Assembly: GCA_965224085.1 (NCBI GenBank)
Contig: CBDCYI010000004.1
Span: forward strand, 1,440,001-1,504,000
Length of the DNA: 64,000 nucleotides
Reading direction: 5' to 3'
Source of the DNA: Candidatus Marinacidobacterales bacterium
GTDB lineage: Bacteria; Acidobacteriota; Vicinamibacteria; Marinacidobacterales; SMYC01
This document shows, piece after piece, positions 53,585-64,000 of this stretch. A program made the position numbers and the translations under genes. Below the pieces are notes generated by a model. It saw only the letters and a program-made list of their open reading frames with translations. It searched no databases and had not been told where the DNA came from. Every line of letters starts with the position of its first letter. The stretch's first letter is position 1.

Positions 53585-54255
53585 CCGTCCGGGATGAGCC
53601 TGTATCCGATGCTTCGCAGAGTGAGGATCGTCTTGACCCCAAACGGCTCGTCGAGCTTGCGACGGAGGTACCGGATGTAGACCTCGACGATATTCTCGTC
53701 CACATCGGCATCGATGCCCCACACACGGTCCAAAAGTACCTGCTTCGAGACCGGTCGGCCCCTCGCCCGGAGCAGCGTCTCAAGAACGTCGAGCTCCCGG
53801 CGGCTGAGCTCGACCTCGGCAGCGGCGCGTCGCACGGCCGCCGCCGCCGGGTCGAGTACCAGGCTGCCGCAGGTCAGCACGGTCGGACGAACGTTCGATA
53901 TACGGCGGGCTAGCGCCCGAAGACGTGCCATCAGAACGAGGAACGAGAACGGCTTCGTCAAGAAGTCGTCAGCGCCACTGTCCAGCGCGTCCGCCTCGTC
54001 CCGCTCGCCGTGCTTCGCCGTTAACATCAATATCGGAGTCCAGTCCTCTGCCTCGCGAAGCGCGCGACAAATCAAGTAGCCGTCGAGCCCGGGCAACATG
54101 ATGTCCAACACAATCACGTCATAGCTCCCCTCACGTGCACGCCACAGTCCGGATTGACCGTCGTTCTCGATATCGACCGAGACACCGTGATCTTGGAGGC
54201 CTTCGCGTATGATGGCCGCCAATCGTTCCTCGTCTTCGACCAGAAGAACTCTCAT
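53581..54255 (-). CDS. OmpR-family response regulator
   Basis: VEDE, LDIMLP, GADDFLTKPF, VEVYIRYLRRK. Confidence 0.95.
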   Translation of the reverse strand: MRVLLVEDEERLAAIIREGLQDHGVSVDIENDGQSGLWRAREGSYDVIVLDIMLPGLDGYLICRALREAEDWTPILMLTAKHGERDEADALDSGADDFLTKPFSFLVLMARLRALARRISNVRPTVLTCGSLVLDPAAAAVRRAAAEVELSRRELDVLETLLRARGRPVSKQVLLDRVWGIDADVDENIVEVYIRYLRRKLDEPFGVKTILTLRSIGYRLIPDG

Positions 54256-54414
54256 TAGCCTCTATCATGACCCATCCCGCCTTGGATGAACCTTAAACCA
54301 ACCTGAGACCTTCCGTCCGGCGCTCCAAGCTTCGTTTAAGCGGCCTTCCGTATATTACTTTTTTATTTGTTCGTGTACCGAAAGACGTAAAGCTCGCCAT
54401 TTAGGAGGACATCT

Positions 54415-54837
54415 ATGGACCAGAGCCAAACAACTGCTGTTGCGATCGCCTTCACCTTGATGATTGGGGTGGTCGCCTGTGACAACAACACGATGCCGAC
54501 TGGCGCGGAAGGCGTGGAGGGCTCCGAAGTCGGTGGCGGCATGGAGGCTGGAGAATCCGGAATCCAATATGGCGTGGCAGACATCTTTGACGAAATTCAA
54601 AGTGGTGCGCGTGCGATGGTGCGCTACGACGCGCCAAGCATGACGTTTGTCGGCACGATTGAGAACACGACGAGCGGAATCTTGAGGCGAGTCCGATTCG
54701 AAGTCCACTTGTCCAACGGAGTAGAGCTTGGCCCGACGACTCGCATGGATCTCAACCCCGGGCAAGTCATCAACTTTACATTGTCGGCGGCCGGCGAGAG
54801 CTTCGTGTGGTTTACCGGCCACCCTGAAGTCGGGTGA
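54415..54837 (+). CDS. putative lipoprotein, EVHLS-ELGPT domain (paralog 1)
   Basis: RBS aggagg, VVAC lipobox, domain shared with next gene. Confidence 0.75.
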   Translation: MDQSQTTAVAIAFTLMIGVVACDNNTMPTGAEGVEGSEVGGGMEAGESGIQYGVADIFDEIQSGARAMVRYDAPSMTFVGTIENTTSGILRRVRFEVHLSNGVELGPTTRMDLNPGQVINFTLSAAGESFVWFTGHPEVG

Positions 54838-54921
54838 GAACGAAGCTCGAGTCGCGGCCCACCGAACCAATCCTATCAACCACCATCTTTTTGCGGTCCA
54901 CGTTTTAGGGAGGAAGAGGCC

Positions 54922-55416
54922 ATGACCCATTCTCGCAAGACATTTGCCGCGCTCGCCGCGATGTTAAGCGCCGTTCTCTTCGCCATGACCACTGACGGCG
55001 GCGGCGAAACGCAAAGCCAGGACCATCGAGCACGAAGGGGCGAACAGGACGGTGACGGTCGTGAGCACGCCCGGGACGATGGCCAGCGGGGCGAGGAGGG
55101 CGAGGAATCCGGCACCATGCTCGACCTCGACGAGAAGTACGACGACGTCCGAAACGGTGTGCGACTGATGTTGACTTATGACAGGAAGAGCTACTCATTC
55201 ACAGGCACGGTGGAGAACATAACGGGCGAGACGCTATCAAAAGTCCGGGTAGAGGTCCACCTGTCGAGCGAAAGAGAGCTCGGCCCTACAAAATCCGTGG
55301 ATCTCGAACCTGGCGAAACGAAGGAGGTCCGCCTAACCGCTACGAGTCACGGCTTCGAACGCTGGACCGCGCATCCTGAAGTCGGCGCCGGCGAGCACGA
55401 TCGACACGAGCGGTAA
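54922..55416 (+). CDS. secreted protein, EVHLS-ELGPT domain (paralog 2)
   Basis: RBS, signal peptide, G/E/H/D-rich linker, same domain ending HPEVG. Confidence 0.75.
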   Translation: MTHSRKTFAALAAMLSAVLFAMTTDGGGETQSQDHRARRGEQDGDGREHARDDGQRGEEGEESGTMLDLDEKYDDVRNGVRLMLTYDRKSYSFTGTVENITGETLSKVRVEVHLSSERELGPTKSVDLEPGETKEVRLTATSHGFERWTAHPEVGAGEHDRHER

Positions 55417-55489
55417 CAAGCGGGGCGACCTGGATAACGCCGATATCATAGTGCAGCGATTACCGACGGTGAGCGCCGGGTCCGCTCGA

Positions 55490-55665
55490 GCCTAGCCACG
55501 TGAACCGAACGCAGCACCCCGTGGGACCCATATGGGACTGGCGGCGAATCGATTCTTTGCAGCCTCGATGGTGATTGTGCGACCGACGAGGATTCCGAGC
55601 GCCGCGCCGAAGACTACGTCGCTCAAATAGTGTTTGTTCTCGCTTACACGTGAGTCGGCGACGAC
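55490..55665 (-). pseudogene. PAP2 phosphatase C-terminal fragment
   Basis: SRVSENKHYLSDVVFGAALGILVG. Confidence 0.6.
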
Positions 55666-56004
55666 TCGATAATAGTCACCTCATGAGTATGGCGTCGCCG
55701 AGCCAAGCGCACAACTCAGCGAGCGCGGCCAGATGCTGACAGCATCAATGGAAGACCGCTTTTCGAGTGACCGCGGTCGTGGCCGTCGGCGCGAGCGTCG
55801 CAAGCAACATTGAGGGTTGAACTCCGTACTGATAGTCGAGCTTTACGTGAGAATTCTGGACGAAAGTGAAAGTATAGTGTATGCTCTGCCGGCGCCCAAG
55901 TGGAAGATGTCGGCGCTATGCGGCTCGTGAGTGAAATCGCGTCACGTTTATCCGTACCCGACGCGTTGGTAGTGGGGTCTTTTGAACGCGGCGTCGAACC
56001 GATG

Positions 56005-56805
56005 GCGTTTAGCGTGCGCAGTGAAATCGATATCATTGAGGGCCGTCCCTTTGCGTGGGGCCGGAACGAAGTTATCGTCGGCTCGGGCGCCGCACGCCAG
56101 TTCGTCGGTCTCGAACTCGGAGACAGCATTCCCGTCGGCAAGGAGGACTGGATCGTCGTCGGTATCTTCGAAGCTGATGGCGGTATCTCCGAGTCCGAGA
56201 TTTGGACGGATGCGGGTGTTCTGCAGCCGGCGTATCGCCGCGGCAGCTCGTTTCAAGCGGTCTATGCAAAGCTCGAGCGACCGGAGGGTTTTCAAAGCTT
56301 CAAGGATCAGCTGACGACAGACCCACGGCTCAACGTTAAGGTCGTGAGGCAGGAGGAGTACTATGCCGCACAATCGACGGCGACGACCCGCCTCATTACT
56401 GGGCTCGGCACGATGATCGCGGGCTTGATGGGGATTGGCGCCGTGTTCGGCGCGCTCAACACGATGTACAGCGCGGTGTCGTCACGAACGCGCGAGATCG
56501 CAACCCTGCGGGCGCTCGGGTTCGGCAGTGGCCCGGTTGTGATCTCGGTGCTCGCAGAAGCTCTCGTGCTCGCGCTCGTCGGTGGCGCTGTCGGCGCGGG
56601 ACTCGCTTACGTGGCTTTCGACGGCTTCCGGGCCGCGACGATGAACTTTCAGAGCTTCTCGCAAGTCGCCTTCGCCTTTGACGTGACGCCAGCACTGCTC
56701 GGCAGAGGCATCTTCTACGCCGTGATGATCGGGCTCGTTGGCGGGCTGTTGCCGGCGATACGCGCCGCGCGCCTGCCGGTAGCGACCGCGCTTCGGGAGA
56801 GCTGA
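56005..56805 (+). pseudogene. ABC (FtsX/MacB-type) permease, 5'-truncated
   Basis: IIEGRPF...NTMYSAVSSRTREIATLRALGF...PAIRAARLPVATALRE. Confidence 0.75.
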
Positions 56806-56869
56806 CGTCTCCGGACTCCTCGGTCGCACAGAGCCCCGCGTGGGAGCTCAGTGCCTCGAACGGATAGAT

Positions 56870-57655
56870 CTAGAGAGGTCGGTTCGGGTTCGAGATCGAG
56901 CGCCACATGTGGGACGACGGCGAATCGTCCCAGCCGAGACCCTCTTCGGGCTGCTTGAAATGGCGACCGATGATATCGATGAAAGGCTCGATGGAGACTT
57001 TGGCCTCGCGATCGAACGAGTATTCGTCGTTCATCGTGATGAGCCGCGCTTCCATGTACCACTTGTGGTCGCGAGCTTTCTTGTAGGCCGCTTTCAGATA
57101 CGGATCGGGTTCGTAGTCCGTGCCAAAGATGCGGTTGTAGAAGTCGGGATATTCGTAGCCGACTTGGGGATCGGGAAAGAAGCGGAGCGCTTGGTGGTAT
57201 CGAATGCCCCAGCTCACACGCTCGTCGACGTAGGGCTCGTAGAGTTGCGCACCCCACCAGCCGTGGTCGGGCTTGATCATGTTGAGCACGGTGTCGTGCA
57301 GTATACAAGCGAGCACGGTGCGCTCGGGTTGGCCCGTCTTCAGCGCGCGCGCCGCGCTCTGGAGAACGTGCCTGGCGGGGGCGAACCGCAGCTCGAAGAA
57401 ATCCACGAGAGTCGGCTTCGACGGCATCGGCTTCAAGTTCTTGTTCTCGGCGAAGAGCCGTCCCGCCCCGCGCGGCACGGGCCGCTCGGGATCGTAGAAG
57501 TCGAGCGTCCTAGTATCTTCGTCTTCGGTGGAACCTTCCGAGCTGTTCAGTTGCTCGACCATGTAATGCTCGAGCGCCTCAGCACGGGCGTTCGGGCTCA
57601 TCGCTTGGACTGCCGCCGCGCCCCCCAGGCTGCCGAAAAATGCTCTCCGGTCCAT
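56870..57655 (-). CDS. HD-domain protein with twin-arginine-like N-terminus
   Basis: MDRRAFF; HVLQSA, ACILHD, DH, RYHQ, DEYSFD. Confidence 0.75.
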   Translation of the reverse strand: MDRRAFFGSLGGAAAVQAMSPNARAEALEHYMVEQLNSSEGSTEDEDTRTLDFYDPERPVPRGAGRLFAENKNLKPMPSKPTLVDFFELRFAPARHVLQSAARALKTGQPERTVLACILHDTVLNMIKPDHGWWGAQLYEPYVDERVSWGIRYHQALRFFPDPQVGYEYPDFYNRIFGTDYEPDPYLKAAYKKARDHKWYMEARLITMNDEYSFDREAKVSIEPFIDIIGRHFKQPEEGLGWDDSPSSHMWRSISNPNRPL

Positions 57656-57759
57656 TTCCACGAAACTTACCTCCTTCCCCTCTGCTCGGATCGTCTCTCT
57701 AATTGAGGCGCATGTCAATGTCAGTGTCAGTGCCCCAGAATGCCTTGTCGAAGTTCGAG

Positions 57760-58491
57760 CTATGTGGCGAAGTGAGTCGTCGCGGCGACGACGCGGGGTG
57801 AAGTCAACGTAGCAAGCTCCGTCCACCGCGGGCCTACATAGCTACTCAAAGCTTGGAGCCGGTCGTCCTGCTTTGCTGGGTGGCACATGAGCTCCGACGT
57901 GCCGTCGGGAGCGCCGTTCAGGATCTCGAGCAGCTGGTCTTCGCTCACGTTGTCGGCGCCATAAAAGCTTGCGAGAAAGTGATCGGTGGTCTCGACACTT
58001 GCTCGACGGATCCGCTCGCGCGTCGCGTCGTCGGGAGCGCGCACCGGCACGCCCAGCCTTACCGCTTCTTCCAAAACGGCTGTCAAGATCCCTGGAAAGG
58101 CATGGACGTGGTGATGGCCGTCCATGTGGGTGGGCGCGCGGCCGACTCCCTTTTCGAAGCGTTCGAGCTGAGCACGAAGCTCGCTCCGAACTTGCTGTGG
58201 CGTGGCTCGCTCATGGGCACCGGATTCGAGCCTGCGGAAACGTCCCTCGTCGTCGATGAGAGCGCCCAGCGGCTCACGCGGGCCGGCGGGGCGCGCGAAC
58301 GTGAGGACAAAATGAAGCCCGACCGCGAGAGACCTGTGATCCCGCGCCCAGGCGAAGGCGCTCTCCGCCGCTTCGGCGTTGACCATCAAAGATGTTGCGG
58401 TCACGATGCCTCGCTCGTGCGCTTCGACGATGCCGGTGACGACCCCGGGGGTAAGCCCGAAATCGTCTGCGGTGACGATGAGCCGTTTCAT
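57760..58491 (-). CDS. ChbG/YdjC-family carbohydrate deacetylase
   Basis: TADDFG, GLHF, HMDGHHH, ELMCHP. Confidence 0.9.
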   Translation of the reverse strand: MKRLIVTADDFGLTPGVVTGIVEAHERGIVTATSLMVNAEAAESAFAWARDHRSLAVGLHFVLTFARPAGPREPLGALIDDEGRFRRLESGAHERATPQQVRSELRAQLERFEKGVGRAPTHMDGHHHVHAFPGILTAVLEEAVRLGVPVRAPDDATRERIRRASVETTDHFLASFYGADNVSEDQLLEILNGAPDGTSELMCHPAKQDDRLQALSSYVGPRWTELATLTSPRVVAATTHFAT

Positions 58492-58612
58492 GCTGCATTC
58501 TAGAACATCGGCCACGTCGAATCGTCGAGTCCCGAATACGCCGCGATGCGTGGGATTCTTGGCACTGTACAATATCGTTAGGCACCAAAATGGCAGCTGA
58601 TAAGGTCTTGCA

Positions 58613-59125
58613 ATGAGTGAGGAGGGGCCGCGGACCACCGTGCAAGGCCGACGTGAAGCTTGGCGAGGGCAAAGCGGATTCCACAATCCGACCGAGTTCA
58701 TTATGCCGGTAGTGATCATCATCATCATCGTGCTCGCGATTGCCGTCCCATCTTGCTTGAGCGCCTGGGCGCGGGCAAAGGCCGCGAAGGCCGCGGCCGA
58801 GGTGAGGGACGCCCTCACCGCCATCGCGTCTGCCGAGGCCGAGTATTTCTTGAGCCACGGGAAATACTTATTTCTGCCTTCCACGCCGCCGGGACGACCG
58901 GGGCGCACTCGCCGGCCATGACCCGACGAGCATGCCTTCACGGAGCTTGGATGGGTTCCTGAGGAAGGAAGCAGCTATTGCAGCTACTCCGTCACCGCGA
59001 CGGACTCGGTGTTTACGGTCCAGGCTGTCTGTGACGTCGATGGCGACGGGGAGCTCGCGGCGTTCGAATCTGCTCACGCCGCACCTGGTGCCGATGAAGG
59101 AATCACTGGGCCGAGTGGACGCTGA
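58613..59125 (+). pseudogene. type IV pilin-like remnant
   Basis: GQSGF..TE..VVIIIIIVLAIAVP, AEVRDALTAIASAEAEYF; C-terminus FTELGWVP...CDVDGDG in another frame. Confidence 0.55.
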
Positions 59126-59158
59126 AAAGGCGACACAGTAACAGGAACTAGCCGGGCC

Positions 59159-61583
59159 TCAGTTGTGGCGCAAAGCAACGTTGGGATCGACACGCGTCGC
59201 ACGGCGCGCAGGGACATAACACGCCAGAAGAGCAACCGCGGCCAGCAATAGCGGAATGCCGACGAAGGTCAACGGATCGGTGGCGCTCACGCCGAACAGC
59301 AAACTGGAAAGTGCGCCGGTGGCGAGAAATGCGCTCGGGACGCCAATGGCGATGCCTATGAGAATGAGACGCAGCCCCTGCCGAATCACGAGACCGAATA
59401 TTACCGGCGCCTGGGCCCCGAGGGCCATCCGAATACCGAACTCGCGTGCCCGCTGGCTGACGCTGTAGCTGATGAGACCATAAAGAGCGATCGAAGCCAG
59501 GAGCAAAGCGACGCATCCAAAGATAGCGCCGAGAATCAACATGAACCTGGGCTGCGCCATGGCATCTGAAACGTAGACCGTCATTGGGCGCAGTGCGTGC
59601 ACGGGAAGGTTGGCATCGATGGCATGCACAATATCCTGGACGAGGCCAGCGAGTGCCGAGGGGTCACCGTCGGCGCGAACCCATACATCCATGCTGCGGT
59701 TGGATCTTTGACGAAAGGGCAAGTACACCTGCTCCAACCCTTCCCGAGAGAGATCGTGGAAACGCACGTGCTCCACGACGCCTACTACATCCATCCACTC
59801 ACGCCGCACCCCGTCCAGTCCGAAGACAGGAAGCATCAACCGCTGGCCGACAGCTTCTTGACCGGGCCACGCGTTGTTGGCGAGCACGTCGTCGACGACG
59901 ACCACCCGGCGAGTGTCGGCCGTGTCGCGCCCATCGAAGAGACGTCCGGCGACCAGCCGCATCCCCGCGGTCTCGAAATAGCGGTCCGTCACCGTTCTCG
60001 CATCGGCTGTAACGCTCTCCCAGTTTTGCTCTGTCCGTTCGTCATGGGCATAGGGCGCCTGCGAGCGCCGACCGCCGAGCGGCATCTGAGAAATGGCCCC
60101 GACGGAGCGAACGCCGGGGAGCGCTTCGAGTTGCTCTGCCAACTCTTCGTGAAAGCGGTCGCGGTCTTGCGAAGACGGATATCGGTTTCCCGTCAGAGAG
60201 ACCCGAAACGTCAGGATACCTTCGGGATCGAAGCCGGGCCGTACGTCTTGTAGCAGGACGAAGCTTCGCATCAACAGACCGACGCCGATCAGTAGCACGA
60301 GCGATAGCGCCACTTCTCCCGCGACGAACGCGCCTCGTAGCGACATGCCCTCGTGCACCTTCCTTGAGCGATGCCGAAAGCTTTGGCCGAGAAGCTTTGA
60401 CCGCCGGCACGACGCCGAACACGAGGACCGTTAGAAGACATGTAGCGGCAGTGAAGGCAAAAGCGGACCCACCCACAGTGACGGTCTCGAGCCTGGGTAA
60501 ATGTGACGGGCGCAGCGCCACCAAGAAATCAATCCCCCAGAGAGCGAGCAACAAACCCACGACACCGGCGGTAAGGGAAAGGAGCGCACTCTCCGTCAGC
60601 ATCTGACGCACGATGCGGCCGCGGCTCGCGCCGATGGCGGCTCGTATGGCGAGCTCGCGCTCGCGAGCGGTGGCGCGTGCCAGCAGCAGATTGGCGACGT
60701 TGGCACAAGCAATGAACAAGACCAAGCCGACGGCGCCGAACAGAGCGAGGAGCGCGGGGCGAACGTTCTTGATGACGTCCTGATGGAAAGCAACGATGCG
60801 AATGCGCGTATCCGATTGCCGATGGACCGAGTGCGTTTCGCGCAACTGGGCGGCGATTCTAGCCATCTCCTCCTGGGCCTGCTCGAAGCCAACGCCTTGT
60901 CGGAGCCGCGCGAGGACGGTCAACAGAGTCCGGTTTCGAGGACCCGCGAACGCGTCTTGGAGAGGCGCCCACAGATCCGAGTCCTCGAGCGGGAGCGCTT
61001 CTTTGGGAAGCAGCAACTCGAACGCGGGCGGCATCACCCCCACGACGTGATGCGCGGCCCCGTTCACTTGTATCGCCTCCCCCACAATCGAGGGATCGCC
61101 GCCGAACCGTCGCTGCCAGAGACCATGACTGAGAATGACGACTTGTGGGCCATGCATCACATCCTCGTTGGCGAGGAACCCTCTTCCCAGCAGCGGCTCC
61201 ACTCCCAATAGAGGGAAAAAATTGTAGGTGACGCTCCCAAGAACCAATTGTTCCGGATCGCCGGCTCCGGTGAGGTTCGCTGTCGTTCCTCTCCCTGCGG
61301 CGAAGCCTTCGAACAACGTCGCGCTTCGTTGGTAGTCGCGAAAGTCTAAGGAGGAGACCGCGGGCAGCGATTGGCCGTGCCGGCCGAAATCGACCCAGAC
61401 GATAGCGAGGCGCTCGGCCGCCCGGTACGGAAGACCTTGCAGCACGACGGCATTCAGCACCGAGAAGATAGCCGTGCTCGCACCGATGCCGAGGGCGAGC
61501 GTCACAACGGCGATGGCGGTAAAACCTTTGTGCTTGGCCAGCACGCGTAGGCTATATCGCAAGTCATGGATCCAGTTATCCAT
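59159..61583 (-). CDS. ADOP-type ABC permease, single frameshift near 60350
   Basis: DLRYSLR...[26 protein letters not shown]; EVALSLVLL...[10 protein letters not shown]. Confidence 0.82.
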
Positions 61584-61610
61584 TCGAGTGACCTCCCGTT
61601 CCAACGGAAT

Positions 61611-61626
61611 TGCAACAGCCATGCCA
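61611..61626 (-). promoter_or_regulatory. sigma54 (-24/-12) promoter
   Basis: tGGcatggctgttGCa, GG-N10-GC, 27 nt upstream of the ATG. Confidence 0.6.
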
Positions 61627-62025
61627 TCGCCGAAGGGATGCGGTTGTTGAAACGATGTGGGTTACACCCGTGATTGTCCCGATACAATCAATGGTGTGAC
61701 CGGTTGTGAGATGCGACTGTCGTGCGGACGAACAACCCTGACTTTTCGAGGCGCCGCGGGTTCGAAGAACTGAACCCCAAGAATTCGCGAGAAAGAGCTC
61801 ATCGTAGATAGCTTTCCCTTAGCCATGCGAGGTTGTGTCTCATCATTATTAGTCCATTAATCCGGACAAGCCGACCGGCCGCAAAAAGAAACGTCTTCCG
61901 ATACGGTCTGCCCACAGGAGGAGTGCGGCTGCGGAAGGACGCGTTTTAACGACAACAGGGCCACGCGCCCGCCCCCAGATGGCCGGGATTGCGTCTTTCA
62001 GTACTATGAGTAGTATGGGCGCGAC

Positions 62026-64000
62026 ATGAAACGAAACCTATGCCTTTTGGTGCTCGCCGTCTCGTACGTTGCTTGCGCCGGATCGCGCCGCGGGGAGCAC
62101 GCCGCCATCGCGGCCAAGACGTGGGTCGATGAGACCCTCGCCGGTCTTTCACTCGAGCAAAAAGTCGGGCAGATGATCTATCCGCGCAGCGACGGTGTTT
62201 TTGTCAACGCGTCGGATCCCGAGGCGCGTACCCTCATCGTTGCCGCGCGTTCGGAGCGCATTGGCGGGGTCGTGTTCTTCAAAGGAGAGCCCTTCGAAAC
62301 GGCCGCTATCGTGAATCGGCTTCAGGAAGCTTCGAAGCTCCCGCTTCTCATGGCGTCGGACTACGAGTGGGGAACCGCCATGCGCGTCGAAGGCGGGAGC
62401 CGCTTCCCGCGTGCCATGGCGATGGGAGCGGGCGCACGTCGGGTGGACATGGAGTTTCAAGCCGAGGTCACCGCGCGTGAAGCGCGGGCCTATGGGATTC
62501 ATCTGCTCTTGAATCCTGTTCTCGACTTGAACACGAACCCGCAAAACCGCGCTATTACGACGCGGTCGTTCGGCCAAGATCCGGATCGCGCGGGAGAGCT
62601 CGGCGTCGCGTATATCGAGCGCGCGCAATCGCTCGGCGTGCTGACGACTGCGAAACACTTCCCGGGTCACGGCGCGACCGTGGTCGATTCCCATCTCGGG
62701 CTTCCAGTGCTCGATCTTGATCTAGAAAGGTTGAAACGCGTCGAGATAGCGCCGTTTCGCGCCGCCATCGACGCCGGCGTGGCAGCGGTCATGCCCGGAC
62801 ATATCGCGGTGCCCGCTCTCGGGGGTGCGAGGGATAGGCCGAGCACGCTTTCGAAGGAAGTGCTTCAGGGAGTGCTCCGAGGCGATCTCGACTTCAACGG
62901 GCTCATCGTGAGCGATGCCCTCGACATGCTCGGCGCCCGGCGGAACGCTTGGGATGGCGAGGTGGCTGTAGCCGCGGTGCGCGCGGGAGTCGACATGTTG
63001 CTCGTGCCGCCCGACCCCTTGGTGGCCTATCAGTCCGTGCTTCGAGGCGTCGAGCGCGGTGATATCCCGCTCGCTCGGATCGATAACGCGGTTCGGCGCA
63101 TCCTCGAGGCGAAAGCGCGGGTCGGGCTTCATCGCAATCGAACGGTGGACCTCAAAGCACTTCCTTTGCGCGTCGCCGAACCTGGATTTGCGGATCGCCT
63201 CGACCGACTTTTCGACAAGACCATAACACTCGTAAAGAACGAGCGCGATCTGGTGCCGCGCCACCGCGCATGTTGCTCGTGGATTTCGTTTTGTCGAACG
63301 ACGGGGATTCCGAGCCCGATATTTTCGCAGAGGAGCTCGAAAGACGCGCCGCCACGCTTCGCCGCATCCGGCTGACACCGCGCACCGCTGCAACCCGCGC
63401 CAAGGAAATCCGACCCCAGGACGGCGAGGTCGTGCTCGTGGCAAGCTACGCGCGCACGCGATCGTTTCTTGGCCGAGGCGAGCTCGCGTCAGAATTGGCC
63501 GAAACGCTGAGCGCACTAGCGAGAAGTGGCACGCGCGTCGTGCTCGCGAGCCTCGGAAGCCCCTACGCACTGAACAGGGTTCCCGACGCCGCCGCGCTCG
63601 TGACGACCTATGACGGAGCGCCGGGTTCGCAGCGTGCCCTTGCGCGGGCACTTTTCGGTGAAGTCGCCATTTCCGGGAAGCTTCCCGTTGGCCTTTCGGC
63701 GCGGTATCCTCAGGGTCATGGAATTCACGTGGATGCGCGGCGCATGAAGCTCGCTGAAGTGAGAAATCCGGAGGATGTCGGGATTGCGAAGAGCCGACTC
63801 GACGCGGTCGGGCGCCTCGTGGAAGAGGCTATCGAAGACGGCGCCGCGCCGGGTGCCGTCGTTCTCGTCGCGCGGCGCGGCCAGATCGTGCTCCAAAAAG
63901 CTTTCGGTTATATGAGCTATGACGACGGCGCCGAGCAGATGCGGGTCGATACGATTTTCGATCTTGCCTCGCTCACGAAGATCTTCGTTACGACCACGCT
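62026..64000 (+). CDS. GH3 beta-N-acetylhexosaminidase fused to serine hydrolase (beta-lactamase-like); frameshift near 63265; runs off window
   Basis: DYEWG, KHFPGHGATVVDSH, SDALDM; later GSPY, GKLPV, APGAVVLVAR, IFDLASLTK (SxxK). Confidence 0.85.

Noticed and set aside
55716-55870. Possible porin C-terminal fragment (NSHVKLDYQYG) on the minus strand
   Set aside because: Too short and degenerate to support a call

Overview
High-GC bacterial window. ADOP-type ABC permeases with PadR, PQQ-like propellers and MALxxGTRLGPYEI-type Hanks kinases suggest Acidobacteriota, which is an inference. It holds housekeeping and accessory genes (fumC, thiolase, agmatinase, PaaZ-like ALDH, AddAB-like pair, RND pump, GH3), three IS elements (IS5/IS903 group, IS200, IS110) and many truncated, internally deleted or fused genes. 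The main finding is an IS110 element (42117-43637, minus strand) whose upstream non-coding end folds into a complete bridge-RNA architecture. Its donor loop reads the element's own right end. Its target loop spells GGT ATG GGC GAA GT, the G-M-G-E-V codons of the Ser/Thr-kinase glycine-rich loop, and the element sits exactly at that position in a kinase gene. Also present are a selenocysteine peroxiredoxin with an in-frame UGA and SECIS hairpin that the ORF track missed, an in-frame IS200 TnpA::DPP-IV fusion, an AddA with an apparently dead nuclease domain, and widespread leaderless-type promoters. Structures and alignments were read by eye, and no database searches were run.
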